Source: Cyanobacteria bacterium MH1_Bin12 (lineage in GTDB: Bacteria > Cyanobacteriota > Cyanobacteriia > Cyanobacteriales > Cyanobacteriaceae). From it: a stretch of 44,699 nt of DNA. Both the position numbers and the translations under genes were made by a program. The stretch spans positions 1 through 44,699 of the forward strand of contig JAALKG010000003.1 of assembly GCA_011088145.1 (NCBI GenBank), written 5' to 3'. Position 1 is the stretch's first letter. Every line of letters begins with the position of its first letter. Below, piece by piece: positions 31,387 through 41,830 of the stretch. The notes under the pieces were generated by a model. The model made no database searches. It saw only the letters and a program-made list of their open reading frames with translations, and had not been told where the DNA came from.

Positions 31387-31421
31387 ATCAAATATCAATT
31401 GTTAAATATCAAATATCAAAT
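31387..31421. repeat. Imperfect heptamer array (AAATATC family)
   Basis: atcaaatatcaattgttaaatatcaaatatcaaat immediately precedes the gyrA ATG at 31422. Translated artefactually as [12 protein letters not shown] in ORF 31368. Confidence 0.7.
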
Positions 31422-33995
31422 ATGACCTTTAGCCAAGAACGCATAGTACCGACTAATCTGACCAACGAAATGTCTCAGTCTTACCTCGAATACGCCATGA
31501 GCGTAATTGTTGGTAGAGCATTACCCGATGCCAGAGATGGGCTTAAACCAGTTCACCGTCGCATCCTCTATGCCATGTATGAATTAGGTTTGACCGCTGA
31601 TCGTCCTTTTCGTAAATGTGCGAGGGTAGTAGGTGAAGTGTTAGGTAAATATCATCCTCACGGTGATACAGCAGTGTACGATGCTTTAGTGAGGATGGCT
31701 CAAGATTTTTCCATGCGTAATCCTCTCATTTCAGGTCACGGAAATTTCGGTAGTATCGATAATGATCCTCCCGCGGCAATGCGTTATACCGAGTGTCGTT
31801 TACAGGCTTTATCTTTCGATGGTTTATTACGAGATATTGAAGCAGAAACCGTTGATTTTATCGACACTTTTGATGGTTCACAACAAGAGCCAGTAGTTTT
31901 GCCAGCCAGAGTGCCTCAATTGTTATTGAATGGTGCTACGGGTATTGCTGTGGGTATGGCAACCAATATACCTCCTCATAACTTAGGAGAATTGATTGAT
32001 GGTGCAACCGTCATGATTCATAATCCTGAAGTGACGGATACCGAATTAATGCAATATATCCCTGCTCCTGACTTTCCCACGGGAGCTCAGATATTAGGTC
32101 GTCAAGGGGCAAAAGATGCCTATACCACAGGTAGAGGTTCAATCACCATGCGGGGTGTGGCGACGATTGAAACTGTTAGCGCACCGGGTAGACAGGATAA
32201 AGAAGCTATTATTGTTACCGAATTACCTTATCAGACAAATAAAGCCTCATTGATCGAAAAAATTGCTGATTTAGTCAACGATAAAAAAATTGATGGTATT
32301 TCTGATATTCGTGATGAAAGCGATCGCAATGGTATGAGAATTGTTATAGAATTAAAAAGAGATGCTTACCCTACAGTCGTCTTAAATAACCTCTACAAAC
32401 AAACTGCCATTCAAAGTAATTTTGGGGCAAATATGTTGGCATTAGTCAACAATGAACCACAATTATTAACTATCCGTCAGTTTTTACGAGTATTTCTTGA
32501 TTTCCGTGTCGAAGCGATTACTAGACGTACCCAATATTTAAAACGCAAAGCAGAACAAAGAGACCATCTGTTACAAGGTTTATTAATTGCTTTGAGTAAT
32601 CTTGATGCGGTAATTCGCTTAATTCGTGGTGCGGCAGATACGGCTTCAGCCAAAGAAGAATTAATTACTGATTTTGAGTTATCCACAACTCAAGCTGATG
32701 CTATTTTACAAATGCAACTGCGTCGTTTAACCGCCTTAGAAGCAGAGAAAATAGAAGCAGAACATCAAAGTTTAATGGAGGAAATCGAAGACTTAAAAGA
32801 TATTCTTGCCCGTGAAGAAAGAATTTATGGAATTATCGAAACAGAATTACAAAGCATCAAAGACACCTATGCGACTCCTCGTCGTACAGAAATTGTTCAA
32901 GGAGAAGGTGACTTAGTTGATATCGATTTAATCCCTAACGAGCAGGTGATGATCTTATTAACCCAACAAGGCTATTTGAAAAAAATGTTGGTTAATACTT
33001 TTGAGGCACAAAATCGTGCTACCAGAGGTAAGTCGGGAGCGAAAATTAAGGATAATGACGTTGTTGAACATTTTTTGACAGGATGTGATCACGATAGTGT
33101 TCTATTTTTCAGTGACAAAGGTGTTGTTTATGTCTTGAGTGCCTATCAAATTCCTTCTAGTTCTCGTACAGCAAGAGGAGTACCCATCCTCCAACTATTA
33201 CCTATCTCTTCAGATGAAAAAATCACCTCGATTATCCCTGTAAGCGAATTTAACGAACAGGAATACTTGATAATGCTAACCAAAAAAGGTTTTATTAAGA
33301 AAACAAGTCTCTATGCTTTCCGTAACATTCGTCGTAATGGTTTGATTGCGATATCTTTAGAAGAATCAGATCAATTACGTTGGGTAAGACTCGCCACCGA
33401 AGCAGATAGTGTCTTAATTGGTTCTTGTCGTGGAATGTCTATTCATTTTCATGCAGATAAGAGTCAATTACGTTCTCTGGGGCGTACTGCCAAGGGTGTT
33501 AAATCCATGAAACTACGCAAGGGTGATGAAATTATCAGTATGGATATTTTACCATCACAGATTGTTGCCAATATTGCCCAAGCAGATAATGATGAGCAAG
33601 ATGATGATAGTGGTGAAGAATTGACCAATGATACTAGCAAAGATGCTCCTTGGGCATTAGCTGTAACTACTAGCGGTTACGGAAAAAGAGTGCCTGTATC
33701 TCAATTCCGTCTACAAAGAAGAGCGGGTATTGGAGTTAAAGTGATTCGTTTCCGTAAGGCCACTGAGGAGTTAGCTTCTTTACGAATTGTCAATGGTGAT
33801 GATGAGTTTATGATTATTACTACTCGTGGTATTATCGTTCGTTGCGATGTTAATGCTGTTTCTTTACAGTCTCGTAATGCTAGTGGTGTGATTATTCAAA
33901 AACTGGATAAAGATGATGCGATCGCAACCATCGCTTTAGTGCCTCCTTCTGATCAGAATGACGAAGAAGAGGAACAAGAAAATGAGGAATCATAA
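31422..33995 (+). CDS. gyrA: DNA gyrase subunit A
   Basis: From [43 protein letters not shown], active-site Tyr context AAMRYTE, the C-terminal beta-pinwheel repeats and an acidic tail. Confidence 0.93.
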   Translation: MTFSQERIVPTNLTNEMSQSYLEYAMSVIVGRALPDARDGLKPVHRRILYAMYELGLTADRPFRKCARVVGEVLGKYHPHGDTAVYDALVRMAQDFSMRNPLISGHGNFGSIDNDPPAAMRYTECRLQALSFDGLLRDIEAETVDFIDTFDGSQQEPVVLPARVPQLLLNGATGIAVGMATNIPPHNLGELIDGATVMIHNPEVTDTELMQYIPAPDFPTGAQILGRQGAKDAYTTGRGSITMRGVATIETVSAPGRQDKEAIIVTELPYQTNKASLIEKIADLVNDKKIDGISDIRDESDRNGMRIVIELKRDAYPTVVLNNLYKQTAIQSNFGANMLALVNNEPQLLTIRQFLRVFLDFRVEAITRRTQYLKRKAEQRDHLLQGLLIALSNLDAVIRLIRGAADTASAKEELITDFELSTTQADAILQMQLRRLTALEAEKIEAEHQSLMEEIEDLKDILAREERIYGIIETELQSIKDTYATPRRTEIVQGEGDLVDIDLIPNEQVMILLTQQGYLKKMLVNTFEAQNRATRGKSGAKIKDNDVVEHFLTGCDHDSVLFFSDKGVVYVLSAYQIPSSSRTARGVPILQLLPISSDEKITSIIPVSEFNEQEYLIMLTKKGFIKKTSLYAFRNIRRNGLIAISLEESDQLRWVRLATEADSVLIGSCRGMSIHFHADKSQLRSLGRTAKGVKSMKLRKGDEIISMDILPSQIVANIAQADNDEQDDDSGEELTNDTSKDAPWALAVTTSGYGKRVPVSQFRLQRRAGIGVKVIRFRKATEELASLRIVNGDDEFMIITTRGIIVRCDVNAVSLQSRNASGVIIQKLDKDDAIATIALVPPSDQNDEEEEQENEES

Positions 33996-34051
33996 ACGAA
34001 TATTTGAATAAGGAACAAAATATTTTTAAGACCTAAATATTTTGTAATTAC

Positions 34052-34381
34052 TCAACTAGGGGTAAAAAGAGAAGGATTAGGAGAAAGTGCTTTAAAGATA
34101 GCCTCATAAGCAGTTAAACCTTGACGAACACCTGTATTCACTACCGAACGAACTGCGGCGAATAAATCTTTTCCCCAATCAGAACGAAAACCATTGGTCA
34201 CTTTTCGGAACACTGTACTCATCCTGATTGCTTGTTCACTACTATTATTTGTTGGCGGTATGGAACTGTCTTCCAAAAATAAAAACAGGTTTTCCTTTAA
34301 TTCACGATAACGTTTTAATAAACGAATTCCATCATCATGATCAGGATTTAAACTTAAGACTTTGCTCAATCTTCTTTTCAA
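34052..34381 (-). pseudogene. IS66-family-like transposase C-terminal fragment
   Basis: LKENLFLFLEDSSIPPTNNSSEQAIRMSTVFRKVTNGFRSDWGKDLFAAVRSVVNTGVRQG resembles the C-terminal P-x-(T/D)NN-x-(A/S)E-x-x-(I/L)R block of IS66-type transposases. Only ~109 aa remain, and upstream it is fused to an unrelated IS630 frame. Confidence 0.55.
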
Positions 34382-35007
34382 ATCATAACCATAGTTTAAT
34401 ATGGACTCCTTTTTCCTCTAGCTCTTGTGCTTGATGATATAACTTACAAATTCTCCTGACTTGTTCTCTAAATAATTTCTCATCTTCTACTTCATGGTTT
34501 AACCAATATTTACTTCGATGAGGCTTTAATTCTCCCCGATTTTAAAAAACGACCAATGGTAGTTGCAGAAATATTCTCAGCAATACCTCGCTTAATTGTT
34601 TCTCGGACAAGTTCTTTTCTGGTCCAATGACTTAAATATTCAGCCGGAGTTTGGCATGCTAATGGGATTATTTGGCATATTTGCTCGGCTTCAAACTTTC
34701 CTGGACTTCCACTTCGAGGTCTATCTGCCAAGATTTTTTTGACTATTTCTTTCCATTTGTGAGGTTCAGTTATAAATCTTTGCAACTGGGAATAATTCTC
34801 GAGCCATCTTTGTCTCCATTTAGCAATAGTTTCTGGCGATAACCTTAAATTTTGACTAATGGTTTTGTTGTCTAATCCTTCGGATGCTTTGAGTATAATT
34901 TTACTTCTCAAAACTAAGCTGTGGTTTATTTCTCGACTGCGACATAATTGAGCGAGAAGTTCTTGTTCTTTTGGCAAAAGCTGAATTGCTTTAGCTGTTC
35001 TGGGCAT
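34382..35007 (-). pseudogene. IS630-family transposase, N-terminal HTH part with frameshift, truncated
   Basis: ORF 34510..35007 encodes the HTH/winged-helix N-terminus (ISQNLRLSPETIAKWRQRW..., TIGRFLKSG). After a frame change at about 34520 the sequence continues ELKPHRSKYWLNHEVEDEKLFREQVRRICKLYHQAQELEEKG and then breaks off at about 34385. The DDE domain is absent. Confidence 0.65.
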
Positions 35008-35228
35008 ATTTCTCTATTAAACAATTTACTATTTTCTTGCTCAATTATAATCTCAAGTATTTATGGTGCGATGTACTAGTAGGTTTTAATGTACCATCAG
35101 AATCGCTATCGTTAGCTAAAACATTTATCGTGATGTTTTCTCCCTGATTGATAGATATTAAATCATTTTCGTTTACTAATTCATTATCTAAAATTTAAGG
35201 ATCTACCGATTCCCTATCGTTTCATATC

Positions 35229-35354
35229 TTAATTCAGCAACGCCGATTCTAATTCTTCTAACGCATTTAATAACTTTTGATATTCCTCTATTTCGAGAAG
35301 AACAGCTATTTTATTCCCCTCATTATCAGTTACGTATTTTTCTTTTAACTGCAT
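35229..35354 (-). CDS. Antitoxin-like small protein stub (Phd/YefM-like N-terminal motif), orphan
   Basis: MQLKEKYVTDNEGNKIAVLLEIEEYQKLLNALEELESALLN (41 aa from ATG 35352..35354). The motif x-Y-(V/I)-T-D-x-x-G-N-K-x-A-V-(L/I)-L-x-I-E-E-Y-x-x-L resembles short cyanobacterial type II antitoxins. No toxin ORF follows. Confidence 0.35.
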   Translation of the reverse strand: MQLKEKYVTDNEGNKIAVLLEIEEYQKLLNALEELESALLN

Positions 35355-35544
35355 AAAAAATATTTGTTCTAATAATTTAAGTAAATTTAATCTCATTATA
35401 GCTATATTTTTAATGATCAAAGATGATACTCTCAGCTTAGATCAACGAGTGCGATCTCCTAGTGTTAACCTTTCCATGACCGCACTTTGAAAGTAATCAT
35501 TTCAATGTTGAGCATTCCCAGATTGCTTCAGACTTGAATTAAGA

Positions 35545-36843
35545 TTAGAAATTAAATTTTGCAGATAATCCATAATGGTCAGATAAATCTCGATGATTAG
35601 TTCCCTTATCAAATACTCCTAAAGGATCTCCCACGGCAGGCATGTTATAAGTTGTCGAATTTTTAAACTTCATCACACTATAACTGACATTAGATGGCAT
35701 CGCTCCGTTTTTGCCGACAAAAATGTAATCTAACCACTCTTGTTTTTCTCCTTTATATCGATATTTTGCTACTGAATTGTTTTTAGGATCAAAAGTATAT
35801 CCAGAGGGGCGATTACCATAAAGACTAGCATTTAATGTTGACAGAGCATTTACATATTCATTACCATCTAGTTTTGGATCGAAATTAAGATCTCCAGAAA
35901 CAATTATTATTTCATTTTTAGCCTTGGCATTGGGAGCTTTACTTTTGATAAAACTATTAAGTTGTCGCAGTTGTTTAGTTCTTACTTGTGCTTCTTTTCT
36001 TCCTCGACTTGACTGAAGATGCGTACCAAAAATATGAATTATTCGGCTATTTTTTTGCACTTTCGCATACATCACACCTTTATTGGATAAACAATCACTA
36101 CCACTACAATCATTGAAAACTAACATATCAGTGGCTAATATCGGTAAGCGACTTTGGATGAAAACACCTCCATCATCCAAATTTCCACTTTTGTCAACTA
36201 CTTTAGTCAGAAATGGATAGCCAATTAGAAGGAGTCCTCCTTGCAAGGTTTGTCGTGCTGAGTTGAGAAATGCTTCGTTGATAACAATTACATCCCACGT
36301 CCCATTTTTTTGAATGGCTTTGGGTATGGCACCAGCACGGAATTTTTGTTTGTGGTTAGGAAAAGTTGTACTATCTAACAACATGGCATTGTAATTGAGA
36401 ATCGAAAACTGTATCTTTTCTGCTGGACGATTAGTTGTTGTGGCAACATTGCTACTAGAAAAGCTTGTAATGGTATAAAGTTTACCTTTTCCCACCCAAA
36501 TTACTGCTTTATTACGAAGATCAAGTTGTATTTTTAGACCATCGGATTTGGTTAAATATACAGATCCATCATCTCTACCTGTTTCTTTAAAAGTAAATTG
36601 TCCATCAGCATTTTTTTCAATCCAAGAACCATCTGACTGTTGTCGAAAAAATCCTCCTGAATTGCCATATTTTACCTCCGTTACATTACGACCATTGACA
36701 TTATTTTGTGCGATCGTCAAAGCAGATGAAGTATTTGTTAAAGCTTCGGGTAAGAATGAAGTACTTATTCCTCCATAGATAAATATTGTAGAAAAAAGCA
36801 GTGGTAAATATTTCTTTAATGTCATAATGTTTTTGACCGCCAT
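35545..36843 (-). CDS. Secreted endonuclease/exonuclease/phosphatase-fold enzyme, sphingomyelinase C-like, with extra N-terminal domain
   Basis: 432 aa, signal peptide (LPLLFSTIFIYGG). The C-terminal ~290 aa carry the neutral-SMase catalytic contexts VIVINEAF (Glu), IFGTHLQS (His), SGDLNFDP (Asp/Asn) and DLSDHYGL (Asp-His). GYTFDPKNNSVAKYRY...WLDYIF parallels Bacillus cereus SMase (YTWDATTNSIAKYNF...YLDYII, from memory). Confidence 0.7.
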   Translation of the reverse strand: MAVKNIMTLKKYLPLLFSTIFIYGGISTSFLPEALTNTSSALTIAQNNVNGRNVTEVKYGNSGGFFRQQSDGSWIEKNADGQFTFKETGRDDGSVYLTKSDGLKIQLDLRNKAVIWVGKGKLYTITSFSSSNVATTTNRPAEKIQFSILNYNAMLLDSTTFPNHKQKFRAGAIPKAIQKNGTWDVIVINEAFLNSARQTLQGGLLLIGYPFLTKVVDKSGNLDDGGVFIQSRLPILATDMLVFNDCSGSDCLSNKGVMYAKVQKNSRIIHIFGTHLQSSRGRKEAQVRTKQLRQLNSFIKSKAPNAKAKNEIIIVSGDLNFDPKLDGNEYVNALSTLNASLYGNRPSGYTFDPKNNSVAKYRYKGEKQEWLDYIFVGKNGAMPSNVSYSVMKFKNSTTYNMPAVGDPLGVFDKGTNHRDLSDHYGLSAKFNF

Positions 36844-37194
36844 AAATTATTGAATCTTGAAATAAATATACTGAGTAAGATGATTAAAAAATTGAAATTT
36901 TATTCATCCATTAAGAATTATTCGATCGATAAGTTAGGGAACAATAAAATATTCCTCACAATTAGAAAATAATGCTATAAATAAATCTAATCTATTCTAA
37001 TCGTAAATGAAATGATTAAAATAGCCCAAAAATTTTGTCAACTTTAGATAACCTTATTTTTGTTTTTGAGAATTTTATTTTACCGAAAAACTAGATATAA
37101 CAATACTTTTAGCTGATTTTTGATTTCAATAAATTATCGGTATTCAAAATAATAATTAAAAAATGTAACAAATTGAACAGAAAAGTTGACAAAG

Positions 37195-37223
37195 TTGACG
37201 TTTTAATGTCTGTATGTTAATCT
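37195..37223 (+). promoter_or_regulatory. Promoter candidate for nblA
   Basis: TTGACG (37195..37200), 17-nt spacer, TAATCT (37218..37223). The -35 lies in a tandem AAAGTTGAC AAAGTTGAC direct repeat (37182..37199). A GTA-N8-AAC near-NtcA motif is at 37165..37178. Confidence 0.35.
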
Positions 37224-37255
37224 TAAACAACTAGGCCTATTAAGGAGTGAATGAT

Positions 37256-37423
37256 ATGGATATGTCAGCCAGTCTTACCTTAGAACAAAAATTCAAGTTA
37301 CAAGTACTCAAAGATCAAGTAAAAGATTTGAGTAGGGAACAAGCTCAAGATTATTTAATTGAAGTGTTTCGGCAAATGATGGTTAAAGATAATGTAATGA
37401 AGCAACTATTCAAGAATGCTTAA
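37256..37423 (+). CDS. nblA: Phycobilisome degradation protein NblA
   Basis: Not in the ORF track (55 aa). MDMSASLTLEQKFKLQVLKDQVKDLSREQAQDYLIEVFRQMMVKDNVMKQLFKNA matches the NblA pattern LSLEQ.F.L......V..MS.EQA...L.....QMM. AAGGAG Shine-Dalgarno 7 nt upstream of the ATG. Confidence 0.85.
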   Translation: MDMSASLTLEQKFKLQVLKDQVKDLSREQAQDYLIEVFRQMMVKDNVMKQLFKNA

Positions 37424-37611
37424 ATTTTCGGACGTTGTTGTATTCAAAACAGCATTTAAGAGATAACTTTACTCAAATAAGAAGTATCTTTTACCTAATT
37501 TAGATACGCTGTCAGTTAATTATTTTGTCAACCCTTTATTTAAATTCAATCTCTTCTTTAAAATAATTGTCATGATTATTTGTTTATGATTAACTAGCAA
37601 CAACGTCATTC

Positions 37612-37632
37612 AGAATTGAGAATTGAGATGAA
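37612..37632. repeat. Heptamer array (AGAATTG) x2 plus a variant
   Basis: tcAGAATTGAGAATTGAGATGAAt. Same dispersed motif as at 25251. Confidence 0.8.
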
Positions 37633-37873
37633 TCCCTACTTCCCAAGTCTTCGGTGAAAATTACCGACCGCTGAAGTTGGAGGCTTGAAATTTAGATTTT
37701 AATTTTTCTTCTTTTCTTCTTAAAAGAAGAGACTTGTATCCTTATGTTTCTGGTCATTCTCAAAAAATTTAATCACTGATTTTTTTGCTATTTTAAGTTT
37801 TAAGTTTATTCTGAAAGATTATCGCTTATGATTTTTCTCAGTTAATCAGCCAAGATTTAGTGAGAAACAAAGA

Positions 37874-39331
37874 ATGAATAACAAACAAATAGAAACTCCT
37901 TTAATTAAGAGATTAAAAATATTAGCTGATAGACAAGAAGCACCTTTTTACGTACCAGGTCATAAAAAAGGTAATGGCATCAGTAAGCAATTACAAGAAT
38001 TAATGGGTAGTCAAGTTTTTCGTGCAGATTTACCCGAATTACCTGAATTAGATAATTTATTCGCTCCTGAAGGAGTAATTAAAGAAGCTCATGATTTAGC
38101 TTCGGAAGCTTTTGGGGCTGATCAAACTTGGTTTTTAGCTAATGGTACAACTAGTGGTGTCATTGCTGCTATTCTGAGTACTTGTGGAGAAACAGACAAA
38201 ATAATTTTACCGAGAAATGTTCATCAGTCAGCAATATTTGGTTTAGTTTTATCAGGGGCAACACCAGTTTTTCTTGAACCCAAATATAATTCTGATTTTG
38301 ACGTTTGTGAAGCTGTGTCTGTGGAACAAATTACTCAAGCTTTGCAAATTCATAATAATATCAAGGCAATTTTACTTGTTTCTCCTACTTATCATGGTAT
38401 CTGTGGAAATTTGACCCAGATTATTGATCTGGCTCATCAATATAATATTCCTGTAATAGTTGACGAAGCCCACGGTGGACATTTTTATTTTCATCCCCAA
38501 TTGCCTTTATCTGCATTAGAAGCAGGGGCAGATGTAGTAATACAATCAACTCACAAGGTATTAGGGGCAATGACTCAAGCATCCATGCTACATTTACAGG
38601 GTACTTTAATAAAACCTAGTCGTATCAATCAAGCTTTACAAATGATGCAATCTTCTAGTCCTAATTATTTATTGTTGGCTTCTTTGGATGGTGCTAGACA
38701 ACAAATGGCGATGGAGGGAAAATATTTATTAGGCAGAACTTTAAATTTGGCAATGATTGCCAGACAAGAGTTGGCTAAATTAGATTACCTGTCCGTTTTA
38801 GATTTTAAGGAAAGTTCATCAAGTTTCTGTGATTTGGATCAGACTAGATTGACTGTTAATGTTAGTCAGTTGGGCTTGAGTGGTTATGAAGCTGATGAGA
38901 TTTTTAATGAACAATTAGGGGTTACTTGCGAATTACCTTCGTTGCAAAATCTGACTTTCATTATTTCTATTGGTAACACACAAGAAGATATCGATCGATT
39001 AATTGAGGCTTTTCAACAACTGAAAACTTTTGCTAAATGTGATTACAAATCTTATTTTTGTTTACCAATATTACCTGCATCTCAATTAAAATTAACTCCT
39101 CGTCAGGCTTTTTGGACAGATAAAAAAATTGTCAGTAAGGATTTGGCTGTAAATCAAATTAGTGGTGAAACTATTTGTCCTTATCCTCCTGGTATTCCTT
39201 TGATTATGGCAGGAGAAGTGATTTCGATCGAAGCTTTAAATTATCTGACCAAGATTATCAATCTCGGAGGTGTGGTTACAGGTGTTAGTGATAATAGTTT
39301 AAATACCTTACAAGTTTTAAATTTTGAATAA
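37874..39331 (+). CDS. Orn/Lys/Arg decarboxylase-family PLP-dependent enzyme
   Basis: 485 aa. PFYVPGHKKG at the N-terminus and PLP-lysine context IQSTHKVLGAMTQASMLH, typical of the OKR_DC_1 major domain. Confidence 0.8.
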   Translation: MNNKQIETPLIKRLKILADRQEAPFYVPGHKKGNGISKQLQELMGSQVFRADLPELPELDNLFAPEGVIKEAHDLASEAFGADQTWFLANGTTSGVIAAILSTCGETDKIILPRNVHQSAIFGLVLSGATPVFLEPKYNSDFDVCEAVSVEQITQALQIHNNIKAILLVSPTYHGICGNLTQIIDLAHQYNIPVIVDEAHGGHFYFHPQLPLSALEAGADVVIQSTHKVLGAMTQASMLHLQGTLIKPSRINQALQMMQSSSPNYLLLASLDGARQQMAMEGKYLLGRTLNLAMIARQELAKLDYLSVLDFKESSSSFCDLDQTRLTVNVSQLGLSGYEADEIFNEQLGVTCELPSLQNLTFIISIGNTQEDIDRLIEAFQQLKTFAKCDYKSYFCLPILPASQLKLTPRQAFWTDKKIVSKDLAVNQISGETICPYPPGIPLIMAGEVISIEALNYLTKIINLGGVVTGVSDNSLNTLQVLNFE

Positions 39332-39352
39332 TTGTTAATTGTTAATTGTTTG
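39332..39352. repeat. Heptamer array (TTGTTAA) x2 plus a variant
   Basis: ttgttaa ttgttaa ttgtttg. Fills the 23-nt gap between two convergent stop codons (39329..39331 and 39355..39357). Confidence 0.85.
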
Positions 39353-39354
39353 AC

Positions 39355-41238
39355 TTATACCTGACTTCTTTCAAGACGATGAAGAATAATATTAGCAAGT
39401 TGTTTGCCTCCAAGAGGTTTTTGGACAAAGTCATCAGCACCGCTGGTTAACAGTTGGGCAATAACATCTCGATCAGTATAAATACTGATATATAAGATTG
39501 GTAATTTGTACCAGTAAGGATGACTACGAAGGACTTTACACAATTCAATTCCGCTCAAGTAAGGCATTTCAATATCTAGTAAGAGTAAATCAGGATTAAC
39601 TGCTTGAAGTACATCCCAAAATTGTCGAGGATCATCTAGTGTTGTGAGTTTAAATCCCCAAGGTTGGAGTTGAGAAGGTAAAAATCTTAATAATTCCACA
39701 TCATCATCAACTACCATAACTTTTTTACCTAAAGTAGAACGTTGAAGGGCTTGTTGGCAAAAATTAATCGCTTGTTCGGGAGTTACTGGCTGTTTGAGGT
39801 AAAAAGTACCACCATGTTGAGCAACTAATAGTCGATCGAAAAAGCGATCGCGATCAGCCATAATCACCACTGGTATTGATGGGCTGAAAGAATTTAGTTC
39901 TGTAATTAAAGACAAATTCTCCTCCACATATATAGAATCGGATGTAGATTCAGCAAAAGATAATCTCAGGAAAACAACATTAGGAAATTCGTAACTTTTT
40001 AAACTTTTAAGCCAATTTTTTGCCCACTGAATAGAAGAAGTGATCTTGGTACGCATTCCTTCATGAATAGCTTTTTGTTTTAACAATCGAGTAAATTGTT
40101 GATCATCATCAATAATTAATAACAAAGGAGAATTTTCTGTTATTTGTCCCGATATTTGATTAAATAAATTGTCTTCAGTAGTTAATTCTATTTGTAGATC
40201 ATTTAAAATATTTTCAAATTGCAATACTTGTTGGGTATCATCTTCAATATTGTGGTGTAACAGTTGTTCTAAATCTTTAGCTAAATTAGAACCTTCGTCA
40301 AAGCCAAAAATACCCACTGTTCCAGCCAATTTATGAGCGATAGATCGAGCTTCTTCTTTTTTATTATGAGTCAATTCGCCTGCTTTTAACGCCTGTAGAG
40401 TTTCTTGTAAAGTGTTCAACTGCTGATTACTTTGGTGTCGATATTTTTCCCAAGCAGTCGCCAAAGCGGCTAGATGTCGAGTTTGCTTTTGAAACATCTC
40501 TGGTAATGTTTGTCTATCTTCGATGGGACAAGATAGAAAATTGTCTGCCAAATTATGATCTTGAGGTAAAGATTTTAGACAATATCCTCTACCCCGTAAA
40601 GTTTCAATGGGATCCTCTGATATACCCACTAACTTTAATTTTTGTCGTAAATATCTCAGATGCGATCGCACTGTTGCCTCTGATGGATATTCTACTGATG
40701 ACCAAAGATTTTCGATAATATCTTCAATACTAAAAACCTCTTGACTATGGCTCATAAACAGTTCTAGCAATTGATATTCTTTACTCGTCAATAAAATTAA
40801 TTCTCCTTTGTAAGTCACTTGACAACTACAAGTATCCAATTGTAAATCACCCCATTGTAATACAGGCACAGGATTAAAATTTGAACGACGTAATAACGCT
40901 CTTATTCTTGCCCCTAATTCTTCTACATTAAATGGTTTACACAGATAATCATCCGCTCCTGCATCTAATCCCATAATTTTTTCTTGATTGCTATGACGAG
41001 CAGTTAATAAGATAATGGGCATCTTATAGCCATAAGAACGAAAACGTTTACATAAACTAATTCCATCGAGTTTAGGTAAAGACCAGTCAAGGATAATTAA
41101 ATCATAATTATAGGTAGAACCATAAGTCCATCCATGTTCTCCATTAAAAACGGCATCGAAGTTATAGTTTTTTTCACCCAGAGTTTTTTGAAGTACATCA
41201 ATTAAAATTTCATCATCATCAACTAGTAATATTCTCAT
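39355..41238 (-). CDS. rcaC: RcaC-like multidomain response regulator: REC - OmpR winged helix - HPt - degenerate REC - REC
   Basis: 627 aa. REC1 with acceptor Asp at residue 51 (LIILDWSLP) and KPF. wHTH (LTSKEYQLLELF...ETLRGRGYCL). HPt (SIAHKLAGTVGIFGF, His about 302). A receiver-like segment lacking the acceptor Asp (VVFLRLSF). C-terminal REC (LLLLDIEMP...KPL). Same layout and similar length as Fremyella diplosiphon RcaC. Confidence 0.7.
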   Translation of the reverse strand: MRILLVDDDEILIDVLQKTLGEKNYNFDAVFNGEHGWTYGSTYNYDLIILDWSLPKLDGISLCKRFRSYGYKMPIILLTARHSNQEKIMGLDAGADDYLCKPFNVEELGARIRALLRRSNFNPVPVLQWGDLQLDTCSCQVTYKGELILLTSKEYQLLELFMSHSQEVFSIEDIIENLWSSVEYPSEATVRSHLRYLRQKLKLVGISEDPIETLRGRGYCLKSLPQDHNLADNFLSCPIEDRQTLPEMFQKQTRHLAALATAWEKYRHQSNQQLNTLQETLQALKAGELTHNKKEEARSIAHKLAGTVGIFGFDEGSNLAKDLEQLLHHNIEDDTQQVLQFENILNDLQIELTTEDNLFNQISGQITENSPLLLIIDDDQQFTRLLKQKAIHEGMRTKITSSIQWAKNWLKSLKSYEFPNVVFLRLSFAESTSDSIYVEENLSLITELNSFSPSIPVVIMADRDRFFDRLLVAQHGGTFYLKQPVTPEQAINFCQQALQRSTLGKKVMVVDDDVELLRFLPSQLQPWGFKLTTLDDPRQFWDVLQAVNPDLLLLDIEMPYLSGIELCKVLRSHPYWYKLPILYISIYTDRDVIAQLLTSGADDFVQKPLGGKQLANIILHRLERSQV

Positions 41239-41449
41239 TAGTTTTAAATTAATTAGGACTTATCAAGGACATATGGCAATTGAAAATATTGAAAATTGAG
41301 TATCAAGTTTAGAAGTAGTATTAAAGATTTGAAAAAACATAATTAAAAATTAAATTATCTTCTTTGCTTATTGATAAAAAAGTTTTTAGGGTTTACATTT
41401 TTAATCTCGGTATAAAATAAAACATTCTGTTTTAACTCCTATGGTTAGT

Positions 41450-41830
41450 TTACTTATCCCAATTCAACATTTTGCTCACTCTACCGGCTAAAGTCATAGA
41501 GTTAAATGGTTTGGTAATGACACCAGCTACCCCTAAATTTTGAAACTGTTTTTTGTCTGCTGCCTGGGTTTTAGCTGTCAGAAAAATCACTGGAATTAAT
41601 TGAGTTTGAGAATTCGCTTTCAAATTAGATAAAGTTTTTATTCCGTCCATTTCTGGCATCATTACGTCTAAAAGAATGGCATTGGGCTGTTGATTTTCAG
41701 CGATCGCAATTCCTTCTATTCCCGAAGAAGCAATCAAAACTTGCCAACCAACTTCAATTTCAATCCCTATTTGGACAACTTCTCGAATTGCTTCTTCGTC
41801 ATCAATTAGTAAAATACATTTATCACTCAT
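41450..41830 (-). CDS. Single-domain CheY-like response regulator (RcaF-like by position)
   Basis: 126 aa. DDEE, ILLDVMMPEMDG, TAK and KPF receiver motifs. Its start overlaps the kinase stop (ATGAGTGA). Confidence 0.8.
   Translation of the reverse strand: MSDKCILLIDDEEAIREVVQIGIEIEVGWQVLIASSGIEGIAIAENQQPNAILLDVMMPEMDGIKTLSNLKANSQTQLIPVIFLTAKTQAADKKQFQNLGVAGVITKPFNSMTLAGRVSKMLNWDK

Noticed and set aside
39332-39352. TTGTTAA TTGTTAA TTGTTTG next to the RcaC-like gene resembles the RcaC L-box half-site TTGTTA.
   Set aside because: The described L-box is TTGTTA-N5-TTGTTA (11-bp period). Here the period is 7 bp, the site lies between two convergent stop codons rather than in a promoter, and it fits the window-wide heptamer-array phenomenon.
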